This document shows positions 1 through 8,462 of a DNA stretch of 29,132 bases, in pieces. Positions within the stretch are counted from its first letter, which is position 1. Each line of letters starts with the position of its first letter. The notes below the pieces were generated by a model. The model did no database searches. It worked only from the letters and a program-made list of their open reading frames with translations, and was not told where the DNA came from. The stretch spans positions 1-29,132 of IMG/VR virus record IMGVR_UViG_3300031260_000134; one strand, written 5' to 3'. The position numbers and the translations under genes were made by a program. The stretch comes from a virus. Taxonomy: Duplodnaviria; Caudoviricetes.

Positions 1-300
1 CACGGCATCTTCGTGCTGATCGAGACGCCGCTGGCCTTCGTCGATCAGGTCGTCGTCCCGAACCCCGCGGACTGGCTGCCGTTCCTCTCCCGCCATCTCG
101 CGCCGCTCATCGCGGTCGCCAACCAGAGCGCCATGATCGCGCTGCACACCAAGATCGCCAACGCCTTCATCGCCTGGGCGCGCCATGGCGAAGGCAGCCA
201 TGTCGATCGCGAAACGGGTCAGAGCCGGATCGATCTCGATCGGGACCAGGAGCGGCGTCGACTTGAACGGATGCGAGCGACGCGGGGAGGTGGCGCATGA
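1..300 (+). CDS. Hypothetical phage protein, 5'-truncated by window edge
   Basis: Frame open from base 1, GC3-rich codons, stop overlaps next start (ATGA at 297-300). Confidence 0.6.
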   Translation, partial: HGIFVLIETPLAFVDQVVVPNPADWLPFLSRHLAPLIAVANQSAMIALHTKIANAFIAWARHGEGSHVDRETGQSRIDLDRDQERRRLERMRATRGGGA

Positions 301-728
301 AACGCAATCGCCATATCGGTCTCGAGCGCCGCGACGGATCTGACGTGGGCCGCGATCCGCGCGCCCTGTCAGCCAATGATCTGCAGCAGTTGGGTCACGC
401 GCGCGTATCGCCGCTTCGGGCCCTACGCCTCAAATGCCTTGATTGCTGCAATGATTCTGCGCAGGAAGTGCGGCTCTGCACGGCCGTGGACTGCCCGAGC
501 TGGCCGTTCCGGATGGGCAAGAATCCGTGGCGTGCGCCGCTGAGCGCTGAGGCGCGGATGCAGCGTGCAGCGACCATGAGCCATAATCGCGCGTTTGCGG
601 CTGCGAAGCCTGATAAAACTCAGGCCCAAATCGACGCCTCGGGTTTCGATGAGGGTGAGGTGCCGGACGGTGCGCTTACCGAATTTCTCCCCATAGAAAA
701 CTGCGGCAACGACGGAGGTGCGTCATGA
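297..728 (+). CDS. Hypothetical protein with Cys cluster (putative Zn-binding)
   Basis: GGAGG RBS, ATGA coupling; motif KCLDCC...EVRLCTAVDCPSWPFRMGKNP. Confidence 0.7.
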   Translation: MKRNRHIGLERRDGSDVGRDPRALSANDLQQLGHARVSPLRALRLKCLDCCNDSAQEVRLCTAVDCPSWPFRMGKNPWRAPLSAEARMQRAATMSHNRAFAAAKPDKTQAQIDASGFDEGEVPDGALTEFLPIENCGNDGGAS

Positions 729-976
729 AGGCGATGCGGTTCACACCCAAAGGCTATGGTGGTCAGCGCCGCGATCCCGATCAGGTCAAAAGCGATGGCT
801 GGAAGGTGAGGAGGAACCGTCGCGCCAGTGGCGCGGCGAAAGTCCGACGAACGGGACTGCTGGCCGTCGCCATCGACGACGACCATCTGACCTGGCCCGA
901 GCGCGAACTGGTGCGCCAGCTTGGTGAGAAACTGTACCGCAAACTCCCCGCGGTCCGGGAGGTGCGCAATGGCTGA
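725..976 (+). CDS. Small hypothetical phage protein carrying an in-frame 16-codon palindromic insert
   Basis: GGAGG RBS, coupled to both neighbours; codons VRRNRRASGAAKVRRT correspond exactly to the repeat at 806-853. Confidence 0.7.
   Translation: MKAMRFTPKGYGGQRRDPDQVKSDGWKVRRNRRASGAAKVRRTGLLAVAIDDDHLTWPERELVRQLGEKLYRKLPAVREVRNG
806..853 (+). repeat. 48-nt palindromic element, copy 1 (diverged)
   Basis: GTGAGGAGGAACCGTCGCGCCAGTGGCGCGGCGAAAGTCCGACGAACG; same length, termini and CCAGTGG centre as copies at 15806 and 19767. Confidence 0.75.
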
Positions 977-1415
977 CTGGACCACAGGCCGTGTACAGGA
1001 CCGTCTCGAGACCGCGGCGGACGTCTTCGCACAGCTGCCCGCAGTGAAGCCGATAGGGTATTTCAACGCATGGCCCGAATATCTCCACAGCTTCGCCGAT
1101 CACGTGGGCCAGGAGCCGCAGATGAAACGCCCACGGCCTGGCCCGCGCATGATCACCGAGGCCGAGGAGGCGATGCTGTGGCTGCGCTGGCTGGAGCGCG
1201 ACGACGCCCGCATCGTCTGGCTGCGCGCCAACCGCAAGCCGTGGAAGAAGATCACCTGGGAGATCGGGCTCAGCCGCCCGGCCGCCAACCGGCACTGGCA
1301 ATACGGCGTCGCGCTGATCACCTGGCGGCTCAACGGGCGGGTGCCGTCCATGAGACGATCGCGGCGCTTCGTGGTCGAGAACGCCGACCGGCTGTCAAGG
1401 AAAATCATCCTGTGA
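969..1415 (+). CDS. DUF6362-like protein, putative HTH late-gene transcription regulator
   Basis: GGAGG RBS before ATG 969; HTH-like WKKITWEIGLSRPAANRHW; last gene before the late non-coding region, the position of Q/RinA-type activators. Confidence 0.65.
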   Translation: MADWTTGRVQDRLETAADVFAQLPAVKPIGYFNAWPEYLHSFADHVGQEPQMKRPRPGPRMITEAEEAMLWLRWLERDDARIVWLRANRKPWKKITWEIGLSRPAANRHWQYGVALITWRLNGRVPSMRRSRRFVVENADRLSRKIIL

Positions 1416-1530
1416 GGGAATTTTCGGAGAGACATTCAGGAGGGTTTCACGAACCGGCGCCGAGGGCTACAAACGGATATGATCGCACGAGACGTGACCC
1501 CAGGGACGGTGGCCTGCACCGCCGGCCTCC

Positions 1531-1871
1531 GGGGTCCAGCCGGGGTCCAGATGAGGTCGGAGGGAGAGACAGTTCGAAACCGGGCGAACGCCCGCCGCTT
1601 GACTGGACAAACTGTCTCCGCCGCCAGACAAGCCGTTGATTTTACGGTTCCTTTTCGCGCACTTCCTATGCTGGCGGGCGAAGCGCGCAATTTCGCTAGC
1701 GTCAGGGTGATTTTTTTGGGAGTCCACCCCGGTCGGAGTCCACCCTGGGACGCCTGAAAACGACGTAAAATCAAAGGCCTGACTGGACTCCGCAGGTGGA
1801 TACCTGCTGGACTCCGGAGTCCGGTTTGGAAGCCATTACTGGGGTCCACCTGCGGAATCCAGCTGGACCCC
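1531..1871. repeat. Cluster of about 10 copies of a 9-bp motif GG(A/G)GTCCA(C/G) in both orientations
   Basis: Forward at 1531, 1542, 1719, 1735, 1841 (variants 1816, 1854); reverse at 1783, 1807, 1863 (variant 1796). Confidence 0.75.
1641..1700 (+). other. Candidate cos (packaging/cleavage) site
   Basis: TTTACGGTTCCTTT...GGCGGGCGAAGCGCGCAATTTCGCTA resembles lambda cosQ-cosN (TTTACGGGTCCTTT...GGGCGGCGACCTCGCGGGTTTTCGCTA, recalled); phage has a gpA-type terminase. Confidence 0.5.
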
Positions 1872-1937
1872 GCCCCCAGAAGCCACGGTGCCGCCCCTCG
1901 ATGGGCGCGCGCCAACCAATCGAACAGGATCATCCTC

Positions 1938-3257
1938 ATGACCCTCGCCTTCGCCCCTGAGCGGATCGAGCACTGGCCGCTTGCGCGCCTGCAACCTTAC
2001 GCGAAGAACGCGAAGGTGCACGGCGCGGACCAGGTTTTGAGGCTCGCCGCCAGCATGGCCGAGTTCGGCTGGACCGTGCCCTGCCTCGTGGGCGAGGACG
2101 GCGAGTTGATCGCGGGGCACGGGCGCGTGCTGGCCGCGACGCAGTTGGGGCTGACCGAGGCTCCGGTGATCGTTCTCGGGCACCTGACCGAGGCGCAACG
2201 GCGGGCCTACCGCATCGCCGACAACCGGCTTGCCGAGAGCCCATGGGACGAGGCGCTGCTGTCGGCCGAACTGAACGAGTTGCTGGCCGAGGATTTCGAC
2301 CTGTCGCTGGTCGGCTTCTCCGACGGCGAGTTGGACAAGCTGCTGGCCTATGTGCCGGAAGGCGAAGGCGAGGATGGTGCTGGCCCGGGTGGCACAGTGC
2401 CGCCGGTGACCATCCCCGAACCGCCGCGCAACCCGGCGTCGCGCACGGGCGATCTGTGGATCCTCGGCGACCACCGGCTGCTTTGCGGCGACAGCACAAG
2501 CCATGCGGACGTGCGCCGACTGATGAACGGCGAGCGCGCAGTGCTGTTCGCGACCGATCCGCCGTATCTGGTGGATTATGACGGCTCGAACCACCCGACC
2601 CGCAACAAGGACTGGTCGGCGTCCTACGGGACGACATGGGACGACAGTTCGCAGGGGGCGGAGCTCTATGACGGGTTCATCGCCGCCGCCGTCGCCGAGG
2701 CCATCACCGAGGACGCCGCCTGGTACTGCTGGCACGCCTCGCGCCGCCAGGCGATGCTGGAGGCCTGCTGGGAAAAAGCCGGGGCCTTTGTGCATCAGCA
2801 GATCATCTGGGTGAAAGACCGCGGGGTTCTGACCCGGTCGCACTACCTCTGGAAGCACGAGCCCTGCTTCATGGGCTGGCGCCGCCCGAACCGCCCGCCG
2901 AAGGTGGCCGAGCAGACGCTGCCCTCGACCTGGGAAATGCCCAGCTTCGCCAAGGACGAGCGGCCCGACCACCCGACGCCCAAGCCGCTGGACGCCTTCG
3001 GGATCCCGATGCGCCAACACGTCGCGCGGGGTGGGCTCTGCTACGAGCCGTTTTCTGGCTCTGGCTCACAGATCATGGCGGGCGAGGCGAACGGCCGCCG
3101 CGTCTTCGCGATGGAGATCAGCCCGGCCTATGTCGATGTTGCCGTGGAGCGCTGGCAGGCGGAAACCGGCAAGGACGCGATCCTCGACGGCGACGGTCGG
3201 ACCTTCGCGGCAGTGAAGGAAGAGCGGCTGGGCGACAAGGCCGATGCCGCCGCCTGA
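1938..3257 (+). CDS. ParB-like N-terminal domain fused to N6-adenine/N4-cytosine DNA methyltransferase
   Basis: ParB-like LIAGHGR and IADNRL; catalytic TDPPY; HPTPKP; SAM-binding EPFSGSGS (beta-class motif order). Confidence 0.92.
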   Translation: MTLAFAPERIEHWPLARLQPYAKNAKVHGADQVLRLAASMAEFGWTVPCLVGEDGELIAGHGRVLAATQLGLTEAPVIVLGHLTEAQRRAYRIADNRLAESPWDEALLSAELNELLAEDFDLSLVGFSDGELDKLLAYVPEGEGEDGAGPGGTVPPVTIPEPPRNPASRTGDLWILGDHRLLCGDSTSHADVRRLMNGERAVLFATDPPYLVDYDGSNHPTRNKDWSASYGTTWDDSSQGAELYDGFIAAAVAEAITEDAAWYCWHASRRQAMLEACWEKAGAFVHQQIIWVKDRGVLTRSHYLWKHEPCFMGWRRPNRPPKVAEQTLPSTWEMPSFAKDERPDHPTPKPLDAFGIPMRQHVARGGLCYEPFSGSGSQIMAGEANGRRVFAMEISPAYVDVAVERWQAETGKDAILDGDGRTFAAVKEERLGDKADAAA

Positions 3258-4387
3258 TGGCCGTCTACTACAACGATGCCGATCCCGCGGCCTGCGAATG
3301 GCTGCGGGAACTGATCGCCGCCGGCCACCTTCCGGCTGGCGAGGTGGACGAACGGTCCATCCTCGACGTGAAGCCGTCCGACCTGCGGCGCTTCACCCAA
3401 TGCCATTTCTTCGCCGGGATCGGCGGCTGGCCCCATGCGCTGCGCCTCGCTGGCGTGGCCGAGGATCTGTCCGCCTGGACCGGCTCGCCACCCTGCCAGC
3501 CCTTCAGCCAGGCCGGGCAGCGCAAGGGACAGAACGATGACCGCCACCTCGCGCCAGCCTTCCTGCGCCTCATCGCCGTCTGCCGACCGGAACTCGTCTT
3601 CGGCGAGCAGGTCGCGAGCGCGGCCGTGCTCGGACGCGTTGGCAGAAAGCCTGGCGCGGCGGTTGAGGGCCCGGCTGACTGGGCGTGGTTCGACGCTCTG
3701 GCGGCTGAGCTGGAAGCGGCATCTTACGCCGTCGCGGCGGCCGATCTGCCGGCTGCGGGCATCGGTGCCCCGCACATCCGCCAGCGGCTCTTCTTCGGCG
3801 CTGTCGCCCTGGACACTGCCGAAAGCGGGCTGGCCGTCTCCGACGGTCGGGAATGGCGCGGGCGGGCAGAGATGGCCGCAGGGGACCTCCGCCTCCGGCC
3901 GGACGTCGGACGGGCGGAAAGTCACCGTGGCGCTACCGGGCGTGGCGCAGCTGGCGGGCTGGGCGACGGCCTCGGCGCGGGACCACAAGGACGGATCGGA
4001 ATGCAGGGCGGTGCCGATCAACGCGCTGCTGGGCCGGCAGGTCTGGCTGGCGGGCTGGCCGACGGCGATGGCGGGCTCGCCCGCGACGGCAGCGTACAAC
4101 GCGGCCGGCAACACCGATGCGAGTCGCAGGACGGTGAAACTTGTGGATTGGTCGACGGCACCGAGCCCACCGGGGCCAATGCGACGGACGGCGTCTGGCG
4201 AGATCCAGACTGGCTCCTCTGCCGGGATGGCCGCTGGCGGCCCGTTGAGCCCGGAACATTCCCGCTGGCTGATGGGATATCCGGCCGCATGGGGCTTCTG
4301 CGGGGCTACGGCAATGCGATCGTGCCGCCGCTCGCGGCGGAGTTCGTGATGGCGTTCATGGAAAGCATGCCGGAGGGGCTACGATGA
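3257..4387 (+). CDS. C5-cytosine DNA methyltransferase (large subunit: motifs I-VIII and X)
   Basis: FFAGIGG (I), PPCQPFS (IV), GEQV (VI), HIRQRLF (VIII), GYGNAIVP (X); TGATG coupling. Confidence 0.88.
   Translation: MAVYYNDADPAACEWLRELIAAGHLPAGEVDERSILDVKPSDLRRFTQCHFFAGIGGWPHALRLAGVAEDLSAWTGSPPCQPFSQAGQRKGQNDDRHLAPAFLRLIAVCRPELVFGEQVASAAVLGRVGRKPGAAVEGPADWAWFDALAAELEAASYAVAAADLPAAGIGAPHIRQRLFFGAVALDTAESGLAVSDGREWRGRAEMAAGDLRLRPDVGRAESHRGATGRGAAGGLGDGLGAGPQGRIGMQGGADQRAAGPAGLAGGLADGDGGLARDGSVQRGRQHRCESQDGETCGLVDGTEPTGANATDGVWRDPDWLLCRDGRWRPVEPGTFPLADGISGRMGLLRGYGNAIVPPLAAEFVMAFMESMPEGLR
3537..4349 (+). CDS. Nested alternative-frame ORF, putative methyltransferase small subunit (target recognition region + motif IX)
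   Basis: 270 codons open inside the MTase in another frame; AAGGGA upstream of ATG 3537; AGWPSP/AGWATA/AGWPTA repeats and LSPEHSRWLMGYPAAW. Confidence 0.6.
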   Translation: MTATSRQPSCASSPSADRNSSSASRSRARPCSDALAESLARRLRARLTGRGSTLWRLSWKRHLTPSRRPICRLRASVPRTSASGSSSALSPWTLPKAGWPSPTVGNGAGGQRWPQGTSASGRTSDGRKVTVALPGVAQLAGWATASARDHKDGSECRAVPINALLGRQVWLAGWPTAMAGSPATAAYNAAGNTDASRRTVKLVDWSTAPSPPGPMRRTASGEIQTGSSAGMAAGGPLSPEHSRWLMGYPAAWGFCGATAMRSCRRSRRSS

Positions 4388-4596
4388 GGCAGAGCCGCAC
4401 CATGTCGATGGTCGAGGCTGCGACGAACGTGGTTGTCGGCTATGGTCTGGCCATCGCCACGCAGATCGTCGTGTTCCCGTGGTTCGGGATCGAGACAGGG
4501 CTGGCCGAGCACATGACCATCGGCCTCGCCTTCATCGGCGTGTCGCTGGCACGGGGTTACCTGCTGCGTCGGCTGTTCGAGCGCTTGCGCGGCTGA
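4384..4596 (+). CDS. Small two-TM membrane protein typical of phage methylase clusters
   Basis: ATGA coupling, GGAGG RBS, two hydrophobic stretches, ARGYLLRRLFE C-terminus. Confidence 0.8.
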   Translation: MRQSRTMSMVEAATNVVVGYGLAIATQIVVFPWFGIETGLAEHMTIGLAFIGVSLARGYLLRRLFERLRG

Positions 4597-4643
4597 CGGA
4601 CTTTCCACTGGCAGGTGGTCTGTCGTGCTGTTAGCCATTCGAT

Positions 4644-4841
4644 ATGTCCGAAGGCTGGCGACACATCGAGATCACCGATCACGGCACGATCGTCGTGCTG
4701 CGCCCGATTTCCGACGAAGCGCGCGACTGGTTCGATGAGCATGTCGGCGAGCCCGATCCGGGCGGGGTCTACACCTGCGAGCCGCGCATGGCGCAGGATA
4801 TCCTTCAGGCCGCCGCGCGCGACCTCTTATCGTGGCAATGA
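4644..4841 (+). CDS. Small hypothetical protein
   Basis: 65 aa, protein-like composition and GC3 bias, followed by a hairpin; RBS weak. Confidence 0.6.
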   Translation: MSEGWRHIEITDHGTIVVLRPISDEARDWFDEHVGEPDPGGVYTCEPRMAQDILQAAARDLLSWQ

Positions 4842-4845
4842 AAGA

Positions 4846-4869
4846 CCGCCGCCCTGTGAAGGACGGCGG
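4846..4869. terminator. Hairpin between convergent genes, possible terminator
   Basis: CCGCCGCCCT-gtga-AGGACGGCGG (one mismatch); only a short T run on the minus strand. Confidence 0.4.
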
Positions 4870-4901
4870 CGAACTTCTGGGGTCTTGGTGAGCGGTCAGC
4901 C

Positions 4902-5426
4902 CTAAGCGATTTTATACACCCGCCCCCGATCCTCGACCTTCTCCGAGGTGATGGTCAGCCCGAGCCTTTTCTTGAGCGCGCCGGAGATTGCGCCCCTCGC
5001 GGTGTGAGGTTGCCAGTCCAGAGCTGCCACGATCTCGTCGATGGTCGCGCCGCCCTCGGCGCTCAGCATCGCGATCAGCGCGTCCTGCTTGGTGCCGCTG
5101 CGGCGGCGCACGGGCTGCGGTGTGGCCTCGGGCTCCGGCTGGCCGTCGTCCTGCGCGTCGGGCGGGTCGGTGATTCCGAGGGTGGCGTAGGCCAGCGGGG
5201 TGGCGCGCAGGGTGATCGGCCCGCGCTCTTCGTCATGCCGGTACACGGTGTTGAGGTCAGTGGCTTCGATTTCCTCGATGAGCCCGCGTTTCAGCAGGCT
5301 CTTGCAGACATTGCCGACCGCGCCGCCTTTGAGGGTGGTGGTGACGGGGAACACGGCCCCGTCGTCGCGCGCGCAGGCGGCGCTGAGGATCACGAGCTGG
5401 GCGTCGGATAGCTGGATCTGGGTCAT
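4902..5426 (-). CDS. DUF3489-like winged-HTH protein
   Basis: GTKQDALIAML...GATIDEIVAALDWQPHTARGAISGALKKRLGL...RVYKI; GGAG RBS. Confidence 0.85.
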   Translation of the reverse strand: MTQIQLSDAQLVILSAACARDDGAVFPVTTTLKGGAVGNVCKSLLKRGLIEEIEATDLNTVYRHDEERGPITLRATPLAYATLGITDPPDAQDDGQPEPEATPQPVRRRSGTKQDALIAMLSAEGGATIDEIVAALDWQPHTARGAISGALKKRLGLTITSEKVEDRGRVYKIA

Positions 5427-5523
5427 GGATGGTCTCCGGTTGCGGGCCGCGCGGGGTGCGCCGCCTTCTACCGGGTGAAGCCCGCCATCGAGGCGGGCCG
5501 TCCTTGGTCAGGGTCCGGAGGGG

Positions 5524-5793
5524 TTACCCGGCGTATTCGCCCTCGCCAAAGGCGCTGTCGGTGATGCGCTTCAGCAACCCGTTGTAGTGCTCGAGCGTGC
5601 CGACCATGGCCCAGCCCACCTCGTCGGGATGGCAGTTGAAGTGGTCGTCGCTGAGCGCCTGCAGACGGGCGAGCCGTTCGTCGATTTCGGCCTTCTTGCC
5701 GATGAAGGCGGCGAGTGCGGCTTCGCGGTTCCGCCTGGCCTTCTCGGCGCGGAGTTGGTGGCGGGGCGTGGTTTGCGGGTTCAGGCTGGTCAT
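5524..5793 (-). CDS. Small hypothetical phage protein
   Basis: GGAG RBS before ATG at 5793; helical protein ALAAFIGKKAEIDERLARLQALSDDHF; co-oriented with the DUF3489 gene. Confidence 0.8.
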   Translation of the reverse strand: MTSLNPQTTPRHQLRAEKARRNREAALAAFIGKKAEIDERLARLQALSDDHFNCHPDEVGWAMVGTLEHYNGLLKRITDSAFGEGEYAG

Positions 5794-5910
5794 GGCGTGG
5801 CTCCGTGTGGTGAGTTGCATCGTGCTTGTGCAATCAGAATCGCTCCGGGGCGGAACACAATCAACGGAAATCGCAGCAATAACATTGCTTTATGTCGCGC
5901 GGAGCGAATC

Positions 5911-6513
5911 ATGCAGGGCCTGAGCGAACGCCAGTATGCCGCCCGCGCGGGCCTGTCGCGCGGGGCGATCCAGAAGGCCAAGGAAGCTGGCCGACTGGTC
6001 TTGTTTGCTGATGGCAGTATCGACGCCGATGCGTCGGACACACGGCGCGCCGAGATGACCGACCCATCGAAATCCCGCGCCGCGCCCAAAGCGTCCGCGA
6101 CCGGCAAGTCCAAGCTGAAGCCGGTGCCCGAGGCCGCCGTCGCTGCGGTGGGGGACACGCTCAAGGAGCAGGGAATGGCCGCGCCGGCTGTCGGCGGTGG
6201 CACGACCTTCCTGCAGGCCAAGACCGCGAATGAGGTGTTGAAAGCGCAGGAACGCCGCATCCGGCTGCAAAAGCTGAAAGGCGAGTTGGTCGACCGCGCG
6301 CGGGCGGAAACCCTGATGTTCCGCCTTGCGCGCGAGGAACGCGATGCCTGGGTGACATGGCCTGCGCGTGTGGCGGCGCTGATGGCCTCGGAACTGGCGG
6401 CTGCCCTTGGAGAGGGGATCACGGTGGAGGCGGCGGTGATGCAGAAAGTCCTGGAAGCCCATGTCCGCGCCCAGCTCGACAGCCTCGCCGATATCCGCAG
6501 CGGCCTTGGGTGA
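5911..6513 (+). CDS. terS: Terminase small subunit (Nu1-like)
   Basis: GGAG RBS at about 5901; N-terminal HTH (LSERQYAARAGLSRGAIQKA), coiled coil KLKGELVD; directly upstream of terL. Confidence 0.8.
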   Translation: MQGLSERQYAARAGLSRGAIQKAKEAGRLVLFADGSIDADASDTRRAEMTDPSKSRAAPKASATGKSKLKPVPEAAVAAVGDTLKEQGMAAPAVGGGTTFLQAKTANEVLKAQERRIRLQKLKGELVDRARAETLMFRLAREERDAWVTWPARVAALMASELAAALGEGITVEAAVMQKVLEAHVRAQLDSLADIRSGLG

Positions 6514-8452
6514 GGATGTCGCGGGGTTCGATGGGGCAGACGACCTGCTGCGCGCCTGGTCGCGGGGCCTGCGGCCCGACCCGGACCTGACCGTGTCAGA
6601 GTGGGCCGACCGGCATCGCTGGCTGTCGTCGCGCGCCTCGGCGGAACCCGGGCGCTACAAGACCGCGCGCACGCCCTATATGCGCGAGATCATGGATGCG
6701 CTCTCGCCGGTCAGCCCGGTGCAGCGAGTGGTGTTCATGAAGGCCGCGCAGGTGGGTGCCACGGAAGCGGGCAACTGCTTCATCGGCTTTGTCATGCACC
6801 ACGCGCCGGGGCCGATGCTGGCGGTGCAGCCGACGGTAGAACTGGCCAAGCGCAACTCGCGCCAGCGGATCGATCCTCTGATCGAGGAAAGCCCGGAGCT
6901 GCGCGACCGGGTCAAACCCGCACGCTCGCGCGACGCGGGCAACACGATGCTGTCGAAGGAATTCGCGGGCGGCATCCTGATCATGACCGGCGCCAATTCG
7001 GCGGTGGGGTTGCGCTCGACCCCGGCGCGGTATCTGTTTCTGGATGAGGTCGATGCCTATCCGGCCTCGGCCGATGAGGAAGGCGATCCGGTCAGCCTCG
7101 CGGAAGCGCGGTCGCTGACCTTCGCGCATCGCCGCAAGGCATTGTTGATCTCGACGCCCACCATCCGCGGGCTGAGCAGGATCGAGCGGGAATTCGAGGC
7201 CAGCGACCAACGGCGCTATTTCGTGCCCTGTCCGCATTGCGGGCATGTGCAATGGCTGCGCTTCGAGCGGCTGCGATGGGAGAAGGGTCAGCCGGACACG
7301 GCGGAATACCACTGCGAGGGCTGCGACACCGCTATCGCCGAGCACCACAAGACAGCGATGCTGGCGGCGGGCGAGTGGCGTGCGACCGCGCAGTCGCAAG
7401 ACCCGCACACGGTGGGCTACCACCTCTCGGCGCTCTATTCGCCGATCGGCTGGCTCTCATGGGCGCGGATCGCGCGCGCCTGGGAGGCGGCACAGGGGTC
7501 GGACGAAGCAATGCGGGCGTTTCGCAACACCATCCTCGGCGAGACCTGGTTCGAGACCGGCGAGGCCCCGGATTGGCAGCGGCTGGCGGAGCGGCGGGAG
7601 ACATGGAAAGCGGGCACCGTGCCTGCGGGTGGCCTGTTCCTGACCGCGGGCGCCGATGTGCAGAAGGACCGCATCGAGATCGACGTCTGGGCCTGGGGCC
7701 GCGGGCTGGAAAGCTGGCTGGTGGACCACGTCGTCATCGAGGGCGGTCCCGGCGATCCGACCTGCTGGCAGAAACTGACCGAGCTGCTGGGGCGTACATG
7801 GGCGCATGCCTCTGGCCAGCATCTGATGATCGCCAAGCTTGCGATCGACACGGGTTATGAGACCAGCGCGGTTTACGCATGGGCGCGGCAGGTGGGCTTT
7901 GCGCAGGTGGCGCCGGTCAAGGGGCTCGAGGGCTTCAACCGCGCCAGCCCGGTGACGGGGCCGACCTATGTCGACGCCACCGTGGCTGGCCGCCGGCTGC
8001 GCCGCGGCGCGCGGCTGTGGTCGGTGGCGACCTCGACCTTCAAGGCCGAGACCTACCGCTTTCTGCGCCAGGAGCGACCGACACAAGAGGAAATCACGGA
8101 CGGGGCTTCGTTTCCGGCTGGAACGGTGCATCTGCCGACATGGGCCGATGGCGAATGGCTCAAGCAGCTGACGGCCGAGCAGCTGATCACAGTCAAGTCG
8201 AAGCGCGGCTTCACCAAGCTCGAATGGCAGAAGCTGCGCGAGCGCAATGAGGCGCTGGACTGCCGGGTCTACGCCCGCGCTGCCGCCTGGATTGCAGGGG
8301 CGGATCGATGGCCGGAAGCGCGGTGGGCAGAGTTGGCGCGGTCCTTCGCCGTGGAAACGGGCACATCCGCGCCCGATGGGACTGCGGGTTCTGCAACGTC
8401 GGCGCGCCCGTCTGCAAGGCGGCGGACAGTGCGGTCGAGTTACATGGGGTGA
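6461..8452 (+). CDS. terL: Terminase large subunit, lambda gpA family (true start may be TTG 6506)
   Basis: Walker A KAAQVGATE, Walker B YLFLDEVD, ISTPT, CPHC/CEGC, nuclease GADVQ, IDTGY, NEALDC. Confidence 0.95.
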   Translation: MSAPSSTASPISAAALGEDVAGFDGADDLLRAWSRGLRPDPDLTVSEWADRHRWLSSRASAEPGRYKTARTPYMREIMDALSPVSPVQRVVFMKAAQVGATEAGNCFIGFVMHHAPGPMLAVQPTVELAKRNSRQRIDPLIEESPELRDRVKPARSRDAGNTMLSKEFAGGILIMTGANSAVGLRSTPARYLFLDEVDAYPASADEEGDPVSLAEARSLTFAHRRKALLISTPTIRGLSRIEREFEASDQRRYFVPCPHCGHVQWLRFERLRWEKGQPDTAEYHCEGCDTAIAEHHKTAMLAAGEWRATAQSQDPHTVGYHLSALYSPIGWLSWARIARAWEAAQGSDEAMRAFRNTILGETWFETGEAPDWQRLAERRETWKAGTVPAGGLFLTAGADVQKDRIEIDVWAWGRGLESWLVDHVVIEGGPGDPTCWQKLTELLGRTWAHASGQHLMIAKLAIDTGYETSAVYAWARQVGFAQVAPVKGLEGFNRASPVTGPTYVDATVAGRRLRRGARLWSVATSTFKAETYRFLRQERPTQEEITDGASFPAGTVHLPTWADGEWLKQLTAEQLITVKSKRGFTKLEWQKLRERNEALDCRVYARAAAWIAGADRWPEARWAELARSFAVETGTSAPDGTAGSATSARPSARRRTVRSSYMG

Positions 8453-8462
8453 GATCGAGAAG

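Noticed and set aside
1436-1939. ORFs across the 1416-1937 intergenic region
   Set aside because: No codon bias, RBS or motifs; region is better explained as cis-acting sites
5587-5910. Long N-terminal extensions in the ORF track (terS from 5587; also 11061, 12527, 20721, 28147)
   Set aside because: Downstream ATGs have clear RBSs and avoid overlap with neighbouring genes
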